From Candidatus Thorarchaeota archaeon (GTDB lineage: Archaea; Asgardarchaeota; Thorarchaeia; Thorarchaeales; Thorarchaeaceae): a stretch of DNA of 32,605 nt. The notes under the pieces were generated by a model. That model was not told where the DNA came from and did no database searches. It worked only from the letters and a program-made list of their open reading frames with translations. Below, one piece after another: positions 9,088 through 17,746 of this stretch. Location of the stretch: contig JBHLRP010000036.1 of the NCBI GenBank assembly GCA_048882485.1, positions 1 to 32,605 of the forward strand, written 5' to 3'. Every line of letters begins with the position of its first letter. Within the stretch, counting starts at the first letter, position 1. A program made the position numbers and the translations under genes.

Positions 9088-9636
9088 CTAGAGTTTTGCA
9101 GCCATTCTTAGGGCATCTTCAGCCTCCTCGAATTCAAAGAGGCGTTTGTGTGCATTGGCAAGCATCTTCCAAGCTTCCTTGTCTCTTGGCTGAAGCTCTA
9201 AGTATTTCTTCGTGTATCTCTTGACGCAATCAAGATCTTCAAGTTCCTCACAGCATTTCGCACCATAGAATAAGGCACGCTTGTGATTCATCTCCGGACC
9301 CATTTGCTCTCGAAAGACCTTGAGGGCTTCCTCCCAATCTTGATTATTATAGAACTCCATTCCTTCCTTAAATCGAGTTTCCATCTCTCCGTATTGAGGC
9401 ATGCGATAAGCAAATTGCCCAATGACAGTCATGGCGGAACAGCAGACCAAAATCATTGTGAGTATAATGGTAGCCGCAAGAATCGGACCCGGCTCAAGAA
9501 AGGGAATGCCAAAATTGCCGACAACCCAGGCAAGAGCCGTGCCACCCACCAGAATGAGTATTGCAGCGATTCCTATTACTCGAATGTCTAATCTAAAACT
9601 CCTTCCTGTGGTCTCAGGTTCTGTCGGAGCAAGCAT
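9088..9636 (-). CDS. Membrane protein with two TM helices and C-terminal TPR-like repeats
   Basis: Two hydrophobic segments are followed by TPR-like helices (WEEALKVF, ALFYGAKC, LQPRDKEAWKMLANAH, FEEAEDAL). Confidence 0.75.
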   Translation of the reverse strand: MLAPTEPETTGRSFRLDIRVIGIAAILILVGGTALAWVVGNFGIPFLEPGPILAATIILTMILVCCSAMTVIGQFAYRMPQYGEMETRFKEGMEFYNNQDWEEALKVFREQMGPEMNHKRALFYGAKCCEELEDLDCVKRYTKKYLELQPRDKEAWKMLANAHKRLFEFEEAEDALRMAAKL

Positions 9637-9697
9637 GATTCATCAAGTGTGCACTTGGCCCTTTTAGGTGTGATGAATCCCACAATGAGAGATTTAC

Positions 9698-10324
9698 TCA
9701 TCCCTCTAATTCCCGTTTTGGTTCTTCACCCCTCTCAATGGCAGCTCTTGTTGCGGCGAGGCGGTTTCGAGAAACGTGAATCCATTGGTTTACCCGCTTC
9801 TCAAGGGACGGGTCTAATTCTATAGCCGCCTCAGCACATGCTATAGCTCTCACATCATCACCCTCAATGAAGTGGGCATTGGCTGTGTTGTAGAATGCCT
9901 CTGCATAGTCAGGTCGAATTGCCACTGCTCTGGTGTACGCTTCGATTGCGTTTGTCGGGTCGGCGAGTCGTGAGAAGGTGTTTCCAAGATTGTTCCAAGC
10001 TTCTGCATCTTCAGGATCAATTCGAAGCGCTTCTTCATAGCACTTCTTGGCACCTTCAAAATCTGCAATATCATACAGTACTGTAGCTTTGTTGAACCAT
10101 ATTTCAAAGATCCAGTTATCTATAGCGAGAGCTTCATCGTAGGCTTCGATGGCTTCTTCCTCCTTTCCAGACCTTGATAATGCGATGCCAAGGTTGTACC
10201 ATCCCTCGATGGACTCAGGCCGCCTCTCTAGGAAATCTCGAAGGAGAGAAACCGCCTCATCGTAGAGCTCGGTTTCAATCAAACTCATCGCTCGCGCAAC
10301 TTCATTATCTCTGCCTTCTGCCAT
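9698..10324 (-). CDS. Tetratricopeptide repeat protein
   Basis: About five 34-aa TPRs: GWYNLGIAL, IWFNKATVL, AWNNLGNTF, AFYNTANAH. Confidence 0.92.
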   Translation of the reverse strand: MAEGRDNEVARAMSLIETELYDEAVSLLRDFLERRPESIEGWYNLGIALSRSGKEEEAIEAYDEALAIDNWIFEIWFNKATVLYDIADFEGAKKCYEEALRIDPEDAEAWNNLGNTFSRLADPTNAIEAYTRAVAIRPDYAEAFYNTANAHFIEGDDVRAIACAEAAIELDPSLEKRVNQWIHVSRNRLAATRAAIERGEEPKRELEG

Positions 10325-10339
10325 TTCGCTATCGACTCA

Positions 10340-10774
10340 TCATTCATTTGACTTGCCGGCCATCATTCTTGCTAGTATTGTGAGTATGATGGCGGCTCCA
10401 TTCATTGTCATCGCCATTCCAGTTATCCAGGTAATAGTGGCATCTAGGCCTGATGTGTAAAGCGTCTGGCCTATACTGATGATGAGTCCAAAGATGCCCA
10501 TTCCAGCTCCAGTACCAATCAGAAACTTCCCGAGGTACAACCGTTCTACTGTAAGAAGGAATCCACCGATTAAGACAATATTCCCACCAAGGGATGCGAG
10601 AACTCCGAGCCCCTGCCTCACCAACTCGATTGTAGGAAGGTAAGGCTCGAGCTCAGGGATTGTTGCTGAAATCTCTGCTATTGTGTCAAAAATCCCGACG
10701 TTACCCACAGCGCCTGAAATGATTAGCATGACTCCGCCTGCAACACAGAGTAGCCAAGGAATCTTATTACGCAT
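10340..10774 (-). CDS. Small integral membrane protein (about 4 TM), unknown function
   Basis: 144-aa Gly-rich hydrophobic ORF with GGTG upstream of the ATG, co-oriented with its neighbours. Confidence 0.7.
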   Translation of the reverse strand: MRNKIPWLLCVAGGVMLIISGAVGNVGIFDTIAEISATIPELEPYLPTIELVRQGLGVLASLGGNIVLIGGFLLTVERLYLGKFLIGTGAGMGIFGLIISIGQTLYTSGLDATITWITGMAMTMNGAAIILTILARMMAGKSNE

Positions 10775-10814
10775 ATCAGCACCAAGTGGTCAAGGCCTCA
10801 TCTGGCCTATATTT

Positions 10815-11669
10815 CTATTTGAATGAATCAATAGGGATTTCTTTGCTTCTTCGCCTATCGAATGCCGCCAATTCCTTGAATCCGTTGTTCCTCAAGAGTT
10901 CTAATGCATTTGAGATTCCAGCTCCAACCTCAGAGGGCTGATGTGCGTCTGACCCTACGATGACCGTATTGATATGCCTCTGTTTCAGAGCCTTCACAAT
11001 CGCCTCCTCAGGCATGGGCTCTGCGAAGCCTCTACGAAGCGATGAAGTGTTTATTTCAAATCCGACTCCTTGCGCCTGCATTATCTTGCACAGGTCATTC
11101 ATGTATGGTTTCCAAAGAGAGTGTATCTCCGGGCCGAAAAACTCCTCCCCATATCTACGGTATATATCGAGATGGCCTAGGATGTCAATGATGCCCGTTC
11201 TGAGCATATCCTTGATTACATCAAAGTAGATATTTCCAACCTGCTCCAGTCCGTGTTTCTTGAAGATCTCGTATGCTTCCTCTTTCAATGAGATTGCCTT
11301 GTGATCGATGAGATGTACCGAACCAATCACAAGGTCGAACTCGGTTTCATGAAACGCATCCGGAAGGTCCTCAATGACCCCTGGATACATATCCACTTCC
11401 ACCCCTAGACGGACATTGAGTCCCTTGCGTACATATTCATCTCCAAGAATTCTGATGTGATTCGCATAGTCCTCGAACCAACTGGGATTGTGAACATCGA
11501 TTCTCTCTCCTCTGACCATCACATAGCTGTCGTCCCTCATTGGATCCGTGTCTAGGTGTGTAGTGAAACAAATCTCTCGCAATCCTCTATCCAACGCTGC
11601 TCTGCAGAATTCATCCAGCGTTCCCTCAGCATCAGCGGAGTAAGCGGGGTGGATATGATAGTCCATCAT
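10815..11669 (-). CDS. hisK: PHP-family histidinol-phosphate phosphatase-like protein (HisJ/HisK type)
   Basis: PHP metal motifs DYHIH, FTTHLD, LGVEVD, IGSVH, LGHLD, FEINTS and GSDAH. Confidence 0.82.
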   Translation of the reverse strand: MMDYHIHPAYSADAEGTLDEFCRAALDRGLREICFTTHLDTDPMRDDSYVMVRGERIDVHNPSWFEDYANHIRILGDEYVRKGLNVRLGVEVDMYPGVIEDLPDAFHETEFDLVIGSVHLIDHKAISLKEEAYEIFKKHGLEQVGNIYFDVIKDMLRTGIIDILGHLDIYRRYGEEFFGPEIHSLWKPYMNDLCKIMQAQGVGFEINTSSLRRGFAEPMPEEAIVKALKQRHINTVIVGSDAHQPSEVGAGISNALELLRNNGFKELAAFDRRRSKEIPIDSFK

Positions 11670-11737
11670 GGGACTATGGGATTTGCTTGACCAGTATATG
11701 ATGTTGACTAATGTGTCATCAGCGTACTATTCATCAT

Positions 11738-12964
11738 TTACTGCACAGGAACCGGATCTAGTGCTATCGCCACATCTCCCTCTGCTGTCTTCTTCTCTCT
11801 CAAAAGAAGGGAGAATACTGTGGCTAGAAGGGTTGTCATAACCAAGAACATGACAGACGATTGAAGTCCATAGACATCGCCAATCCATCCAAAGAGGATG
11901 GGTGAGAGTGCGCCTGGAATAGCACCTATAGAGAAGAGGATTCCAAATGCCAATCCCTGCTTTTCTCGAGGAGTTACTTCTGTCTGGAATGCGGTGTTCG
12001 GTGGTACTCCCAGAAAGAAGAAGAATCCAAATCCAACAAGCACCAAGAGAAGAGAGATTTGATCCAGAGGTGCATTTAGAAGGAACAGAAGGGGCGTTGA
12101 TACAGCAGTTGATAGAATTATGAAAGGAACACGTTTTCCAGTCCGGTCTGAAATTGGGGCTGAAACAATCTCTCCGATGATGCCAGCAACCAGCATAATT
12201 GTAGTGAAGTAGCCTGCAATGATTGCATCGTATTGATGATGGCTTGCTACGAGATACAGTGGCATCAGCAATGTTGTACAACGAAACGACATTCCTCTGA
12301 ATCCTATAATGACTGTAAGAATCACAAAGTTTCGTGTCCATCCATCTTCACCATCATCTTTCTCTCGATTGCTATTTAGCAAAGCTGGCTCTCTACGTGC
12401 GTATCTCAAGAGGAGTACGACAGGTATGAACACCGCAAATCCAATTATGGCGAGAACTACAAAAGACTCTCTCCAGCCTCCGACTAGAATTAATAGCGAG
12501 ACTCCAAGAAAGGGGATAACGGCCATGCCAACAAGGCCGCCCATTGCTTGGAAACCAGTAGCCATAGCCCGCGAAGACTTCGGGAATTTCTCAGTCAAAG
12601 CTGGAAAGACACTGGGATGGTAGCCAGCCGCTGCCATTCCTAAGATAAGCATTGTCATGGTTAGGAAAAGGAATGTCGTGGCGAAACTTGAAACAAGCAC
12701 GATTATCGCAGTTATTATTACACTGGCAGGAATGAAGATGTCTCTCCATCCCTTGTCACCAAGATATCCAACGAGCAGATGAGAAGTCGTCATTGTCACA
12801 ATCGAGGCACTCGTGATTATCCCTGCTTCAGTCAAGGTGAGTGCAAGTTCATCTCTTATTATTGGTAAAAAGGGTGAAAGCATGCCAGTATAGATGTGGT
12901 TCATAAAATGGGCTATAGTGCATGCTATAAGAACAGCATACGATGCTTTAGTGACTCTTGACAA
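11738..12964 (-). CDS. MFS transporter
   Basis: About 12 TM segments, with motif A-like GYLGDKGWR and APISDRTGKR. AHFMNH and GYHPS are typical of Fsr-like MFS proteins. Confidence 0.9.
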   Translation of the reverse strand: MSRVTKASYAVLIACTIAHFMNHIYTGMLSPFLPIIRDELALTLTEAGIITSASIVTMTTSHLLVGYLGDKGWRDIFIPASVIITAIIVLVSSFATTFLFLTMTMLILGMAAAGYHPSVFPALTEKFPKSSRAMATGFQAMGGLVGMAVIPFLGVSLLILVGGWRESFVVLAIIGFAVFIPVVLLLRYARREPALLNSNREKDDGEDGWTRNFVILTVIIGFRGMSFRCTTLLMPLYLVASHHQYDAIIAGYFTTIMLVAGIIGEIVSAPISDRTGKRVPFIILSTAVSTPLLFLLNAPLDQISLLLVLVGFGFFFFLGVPPNTAFQTEVTPREKQGLAFGILFSIGAIPGALSPILFGWIGDVYGLQSSVMFLVMTTLLATVFSLLLREKKTAEGDVAIALDPVPVQ

Positions 12965-13040
12965 CTCTATAGATCACTTCCGCTTGCCTCAGCAAGTGGC
13001 GATATGACCCCCAGTTAAGGGTACTGATGACGGACACAAC

Positions 13041-13754
13041 CTATGGCAGGATCGTCTTTCTATGAAGTGCAGTGGCAACCAGAGCAGCACTCGCTCCCAC
13101 TTTGAAGAGTTCACGTAAATCTTCGCGGTTTCTAACTCCTCCTCCTGCGATAATTCTCATCGTGGAGTTACTGCAGATCTTGACAAGTCCTTCATGAATT
13201 GGCCCCTTTCTAGTTCCGACAAGACTCAATTCAAGGACAATCAGATTTCGAATTCCATGTTCTTCCAGTATCCGGGCCATCGCGAGTGGGTCTTTCCCAT
13301 TGAACTCTTGACATGCACTTAAGGTCCTCCCATTCAACAAATCCAGAGACCCTATTATCGAATTCCCGTGCATCTGTTGGATCTTAACAAGGTCTTCCTG
13401 TGAAGCAAGGGTTTCAGTTGCCACAATTGCCCTTTGGATGCCAGTCCTGAGAAGATTATCAATATCATTAGCAGTCCGCGCTCCCCCATCAAGTATAATC
13501 TCCAACTCTGTGGCTTCTGCGATATTCTTTACTAATGAGAAATTGTCGCCAACGCCCCGAATGGCATCCAGGTCTGCGATATAGATTCTATCAACTCCAA
13601 AGACTTGCTTGAATGCATCGGCAACATCCATTGGATTCGACCCTTCCACAATATCGCTTTCAATGGGTCTATACCCGTCTCTCATGCCAGCAATTCCGTG
13701 GACTACCTGTCCCGCCATGATGTCCATTACAGGAATAATCTCAGCTTGATGCAT
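13041..13754 (-). CDS. HisA/HisF-related TIM-barrel protein (family linked to C1-cofactor gene clusters)
   Basis: Motifs IIPVMDIMAGQVVHG, YRPIES, IYIADLDAI, LDGG and IAGGGVRN. Divergent from mfnD. Confidence 0.85.
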   Translation of the reverse strand: MHQAEIIPVMDIMAGQVVHGIAGMRDGYRPIESDIVEGSNPMDVADAFKQVFGVDRIYIADLDAIRGVGDNFSLVKNIAEATELEIILDGGARTANDIDNLLRTGIQRAIVATETLASQEDLVKIQQMHGNSIIGSLDLLNGRTLSACQEFNGKDPLAMARILEEHGIRNLIVLELSLVGTRKGPIHEGLVKICSNSTMRIIAGGGVRNREDLRELFKVGASAALVATALHRKTILP

Positions 13755-13823
13755 TGTTCTCGCTCTCTTTTGAAATCTGTAAGAGTCTTATAGGTTGTTG
13801 ACAATGGGCCAATTGGGTCAGAA

Positions 13824-15059
13824 ATGCAAATATTCCTCTATGAGCACATAGCAGGAGGTGGACTAGCCAGCGAGGAATTGTCGCCGAGCTTTGCTGCACA
13901 AGGATTCGCAATGCTCTGCACAATGGCCCGGAGTCTTAACCACGCTGGACACGATATTTCCTTTTGCTATGATGCTAGAATACGCGAACAATTGCTTCCC
14001 AGAGGAAATCAGAAGAAACGTGTATCAGATGAATCGAGTTGGCAAGCTGCAATAGAGGTTCTTTCAGACAATGCCGACCTAGGGCTAGTCATTGCTCCAG
14101 AGGATGATGGCATTCTAGTAGAGGTTCTTAAGTCGATCAGAGCTAGAGGATTGGATGTTGTCAATCCCGAAACTGAAACAGTCGCATTCTGCTCTGACAA
14201 AATCAATACTGCGAATCTCTTTGAGGAGCTTTCAATTCCAGTGCCGAAGATGATTTTCGGGACCATCCACGACATCCTTAACGACAGCCAGGAATTGAGA
14301 TTCCCTGTTGTAATCAAACCTGCAATTTCGTCAGGAGCGACTTGTACGTATATTGCGCGTGATACCGCTTCCCTCATGGAACTGGCTCACAAGCCTGAGA
14401 TGGAGGACCTAGTTGCATCTTTTATCCTTCAGGAATATATTGACGGAGACCAAGGAAGCGTATCGCTTCTTACAGGTAGCGGCAAGTCATCAGTTCTTTC
14501 AGTGAATCGCCAGAACGTTTCTTTGGGTACAATCGATTCAAATCCTGGATACCATGGCGGAGAATGTCCCTTTGATCATCCCGCAGCTAAGAAGGCCAAA
14601 GTCTATTCACGAAAAATAGCCGAAGCGCTGCCTGGTCTTCGAGGGTATGTAGGAATCGATTTCGTATTTCATGGGAAGGAAGCTTACCCTATGGAGATCA
14701 ACCCTCGACTTACTGTATCCTCAATTGGCCTTGAACGGACCATAGGACCCAACGGGCTAGCTGGGATAATACAGTGCAATTCAGGACCGCCTCCAAAACA
14801 GCCGAAACCTAATGGGTTCTCAGTTTTTGAGGAATACATAGATATGAAACGGATTCCTGATTCACTAAATCATATTGATGACTACGCGAGAGTCATGGTG
14901 ATCCCTGGAGTTTCAAGCCCGCCCATTCCATTAGCAAACGATAAGACAATTATCCGACCCTACGTATGCGGATGGGGTCTGACAAGAAATGAAGCGAGGG
15001 ATGACCTCAGTGTGGTGGAGAATAGCATCAACGCTCGAATTGAGGGGATTTCCGCTTGA
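13824..15059 (+). CDS. mfnD: ATP-grasp protein, tyramine-L-glutamate ligase (methanofuran biosynthesis)
   Basis: Motifs YEHIAGGG..QGFAML, IAPEDDGIL, SDK, VIKP, QEYIDG, SVSLL, LSVNRQ, YHGGECP, GYVGIDFV and EINPRLT. Genomic context with mfnF, mfnE and mfnB. Confidence 0.82.
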   Translation: MQIFLYEHIAGGGLASEELSPSFAAQGFAMLCTMARSLNHAGHDISFCYDARIREQLLPRGNQKKRVSDESSWQAAIEVLSDNADLGLVIAPEDDGILVEVLKSIRARGLDVVNPETETVAFCSDKINTANLFEELSIPVPKMIFGTIHDILNDSQELRFPVVIKPAISSGATCTYIARDTASLMELAHKPEMEDLVASFILQEYIDGDQGSVSLLTGSGKSSVLSVNRQNVSLGTIDSNPGYHGGECPFDHPAAKKAKVYSRKIAEALPGLRGYVGIDFVFHGKEAYPMEINPRLTVSSIGLERTIGPNGLAGIIQCNSGPPPKQPKPNGFSVFEEYIDMKRIPDSLNHIDDYARVMVIPGVSSPPIPLANDKTIIRPYVCGWGLTRNEARDDLSVVENSINARIEGISA

Positions 15060-16108
15060 GAGTAGTTGGACTGGACATTGGAGGAGCAAACCTCAAGGGC
15101 TGTGGTCTCACACTTGATAACGATGGAGTTCCTGGTGACCTTGTCTTTCGCTCGAAGAGCTTTCCAATCTGGCAGCGTGAAAGAATTGATCTATGGAATC
15201 TGATTGCAGACACTGTCTATGAATTGGCTGATGCATCCGAAACACCTGAGCTCGTATCGGTAGTCATGACTGCGGAACTCTCCGATACATTTGAAACCAA
15301 GAGAGAGGGAGTTACTGCCATTGCAGAGGGAGTCCATCGGACCCTTAGAAACATCCCGATCATATTTCCTGACGTTGGCCTCGAGCTCCTTGAGCTTCAG
15401 GAAGTCTTGAACGACCCTCTACGAGTGGCTGCGGCTAACTGGCCAGTTCTTGCATGGGCTGTAGGGCGTGGAGTTCCTAATTGCATTCTCATCGATGTCG
15501 GATCCACGACTACCGACATAATTCCGATTAGAGATGGTCTTCCTCTTACACGCGGCCGAAACGATACCAATCGCTTGATGAGTGGTGAATTAGTATATAC
15601 AGGAGCTCTAAGGACAAACCTCTCAGCAATACTGCGTGAGGTTGAGCTTGATGGTGTGACCTGCCGTGTTTCCTCAGAATACTTCGCTGCAAGTGCTGAT
15701 GTTCATCTAGTACTCGGCCATATTACTGAGGATCAATACTCCACTGACACAGCTGACGGACGCGGAAAATCTGTAGAAGAATGTAAAGCTCGTTTAGCTA
15801 GGATTGTGTGCGGAGATATTGAAACAGTACCTGAGGATCAGATTGTCGATATCGCGCGACAAGCTTGGACTCGGCAGCTAAAAGACATTGCTAGCGGAGT
15901 CCTTCAGGTCTGTGCTATGCACAATCTTGAGCTCGAAGAGCAGATTTTTGTTTTCTCAGGCGTGGGTGCAGTGTTTCTAGGTCGTAGTGCCTTGGCGTCT
16001 TTTGATATAAAGGAGGGCAGGTACCTCCAAGACATTCTGGGACCGGAAGGTGCTGGCTCTGCAACAGCCTTTGCTGCAGCCCTCTATGCAGCTAGGAATT
16101 GGAAGTGA
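15056..16108 (+). CDS. mfnF: Hydantoinase/oxoprolinase-like furan-tyramine coupling enzyme (methanofuran biosynthesis)
   Basis: Motifs GLDIGGANLK, MTAELSDTF, VAAANW, DVGSTTTDIIP, GELVYTGALRT, SEYFA, TADGRGKS and RLARIVCGD. The TTG start overlaps the mfnD stop. Confidence 0.9.
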   Translation: MRVVGLDIGGANLKGCGLTLDNDGVPGDLVFRSKSFPIWQRERIDLWNLIADTVYELADASETPELVSVVMTAELSDTFETKREGVTAIAEGVHRTLRNIPIIFPDVGLELLELQEVLNDPLRVAAANWPVLAWAVGRGVPNCILIDVGSTTTDIIPIRDGLPLTRGRNDTNRLMSGELVYTGALRTNLSAILREVELDGVTCRVSSEYFAASADVHLVLGHITEDQYSTDTADGRGKSVEECKARLARIVCGDIETVPEDQIVDIARQAWTRQLKDIASGVLQVCAMHNLELEEQIFVFSGVGAVFLGRSALASFDIKEGRYLQDILGPEGAGSATAFAAALYAARNWK

Positions 16109-16113
16109 TTCCT

Positions 16114-16749
16114 TTGAAAGTGGTCATCAAAGTGGGGGGAAGCTTGATGAATTACCCATATTGGCTAAGAGAGATTCTAAAAGTCATCTCCGTTTCTAGT
16201 CAAACACACAATTTGCTTATCGTGCCTGGGGGTGGAGCTTTTGCCGACTTGATTAGAGACTTTCATACGCGGAAGTATCTCTCTGACTCAGCTGCTCACT
16301 GGCTGGCGATAAGATGCATGGATCTCACTGGCTTCATTATGGCTGATATGAATTCTTCAATGAATCTCTATTCTGAGAAAGATGCCTTGGAGAGATGGGC
16401 AGAAGGAAAGAGTTTCATAATTCAGCCATATGAACTCCTCAAATCCCATGATCGATTGCCACACAGTTGGGATGTCACTAGTGATTCAATAGCATATTGG
16501 ATAGGAATAAGGGGCGATGCCGATGTTGTCATCTTCATAAAGAGTATCAATCCTTATGCTAAGTGGCTGTCTGTACTTCAATCAGAAACGGAACCTGTGA
16601 GGCCTGAGAGTTTTGAACATCTACTCAAAAAAGAGATCATTGATCCCTACATGGCACAACTTCAATCCAAATTCCAGGGCTATTTCTATGTCTTGAATGG
16701 CCTCTGGCCAGAGAATATCTCAACGATTCTTGATGTGCCAGTACAATAG
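16114..16749 (+). CDS. mfnE: Amino-acid-kinase family 5-(aminomethyl)-3-furanmethanol phosphate kinase
   Basis: Motifs VIKVGGSL, VPGGGAFADLIR, AHWLAI and LPHSWDVTSDSIA. The likely start is TTG at 16114 after GGAAGTGA; the ORF track start is 16099. Confidence 0.88.
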   Translation: MKVVIKVGGSLMNYPYWLREILKVISVSSQTHNLLIVPGGGAFADLIRDFHTRKYLSDSAAHWLAIRCMDLTGFIMADMNSSMNLYSEKDALERWAEGKSFIIQPYELLKSHDRLPHSWDVTSDSIAYWIGIRGDADVVIFIKSINPYAKWLSVLQSETEPVRPESFEHLLKKEIIDPYMAQLQSKFQGYFYVLNGLWPENISTILDVPVQ

Positions 16750-16750
16750 A

Positions 16751-17467
16751 CTATGCATCTTTCAGAATTGACTTGAGTTCTTTGACTAGATCTGCGTCCA
16801 CTCTGCCGCCTGTTCTATCTCCTCCTGGCAAGGCGGCTGTTCTAACACCTACGATGTCAGGATTAAGTCCCGCTGCAGTCTTGAAAGATTCCCCTACTAA
16901 TGATCCAGCTAGTGCTACTTCAAGACCATTCTCTCTAGCTTTTTCAATATAGGTGACAACCTCGTCCTCTGGCATGAAGATGAAGAGGTCTCTTCCATCC
17001 TTTATTGCAGTGTCGACCATTACAGTTTCTACGCCGGCAGAATGAGCGATATCAGGAAGCAGCAACGGATTTAGAGTTCCAGCACGCAGATGATCTCCAT
17101 AAAGCGCAGCAACTGCCTTGCTCCTGCAGTCAAAGTCCCGAAGTGTATCAATGACAGTTGTCAAAATGTAGACTGCGTCCTCCTCCTTTGACACACCATG
17201 AAGCCCGATTTTCACATAGTCTGCACCTGCTTGTGCAGCACCCAAGGCAGCCTGTGCAATTGTGCCTGGGAGATTCGGAACATCGCCGAGAGCTGCACTT
17301 ACAGGAATTGTCTTCTTTACAACCTCCCTGATTTTGCGGATCATTGCTGGAGATGCTGCTCCAAGCGACCCTTCAACCGGGTTCTTGACATCAATAATGT
17401 CCGCCCCTCCCTTTACTGCCTCCAGAGCGTCCAGCTCATCTGTTGGACTCACGAGAAGCTTTGCCAT
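16751..17467 (-). CDS. mfnB: (5-formylfuran-3-yl)methyl phosphate synthase (DUF556)
   Basis: Motifs KLLVSP, GGADIIDVKNPVEGSLGA, VSAALGD, DYVKIGL, MVDTAIKDG, ALAGSL and DIVGVR. The start is ATG at 17467, with GTG at 17485 as an alternative. Confidence 0.93.
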   Translation of the reverse strand: MAKLLVSPTDELDALEAVKGGADIIDVKNPVEGSLGAASPAMIRKIREVVKKTIPVSAALGDVPNLPGTIAQAALGAAQAGADYVKIGLHGVSKEEDAVYILTTVIDTLRDFDCRSKAVAALYGDHLRAGTLNPLLLPDIAHSAGVETVMVDTAIKDGRDLFIFMPEDEVVTYIEKARENGLEVALAGSLVGESFKTAAGLNPDIVGVRTAALPGGDRTGGRVDADLVKELKSILKDA

Positions 17468-17516
17468 ATTGGACACAGTATACACATCTGGAAACGCTAC
17501 TAATGACTGCTCCGAT

Positions 17517-17654
17517 TTATGAATTGCACATCATAATGCGAATTATGAATGAAGCCAGAAGCAGCGGTGTCGGGAAGCTGATGACTCAGGATAGTCCCAA
17601 GCCATCAGCAGTATCCGACTTATCAACTTGGTCTTAACCAAGTTGCCGACTCGG
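17517..17654 (-). ncRNA. Candidate structured RNA (tandem hairpins) upstream of mfnB
   Basis: A perfect 9-bp stem at 17624-17645; a 15-bp stem at 17577-17609 whose three plus-strand A-C mismatches are all G-U pairs on the minus strand; a 7-bp inverted repeat at 17531-17548. Confidence 0.4.
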
Positions 17655-17746
17655 TAGTGTTTTTGGTATGGAACATAAGGACTCTTTTCTTTTAAACTCC
17701 AGAAACTGGGCAATCAAGGTGTCGAGGAACACACTTAGCTGAGGTT

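Noticed and set aside
11727-12341. 204-aa alternative-frame ORF inside the MFS gene, and the many other short overlapping ORFs in the track
   Set aside because: They are contained within well-supported genes and have no recognisable motifs.
13041-13754. Calling this gene hisA because a HisK-like phosphatase is nearby
   Set aside because: The motifs (G-x-R-x-x-YRPI, YIADLDAI) fit the HisA/F-related C1-cluster family, and no other his genes are present.
17577-17609. CTGATGA suggesting a hammerhead ribozyme, C box or SECIS
   Set aside because: There is no GAAA core partner, no suitably placed D box and no in-frame UGA selenoprotein candidate nearby. The stem pairs best on the opposite strand.
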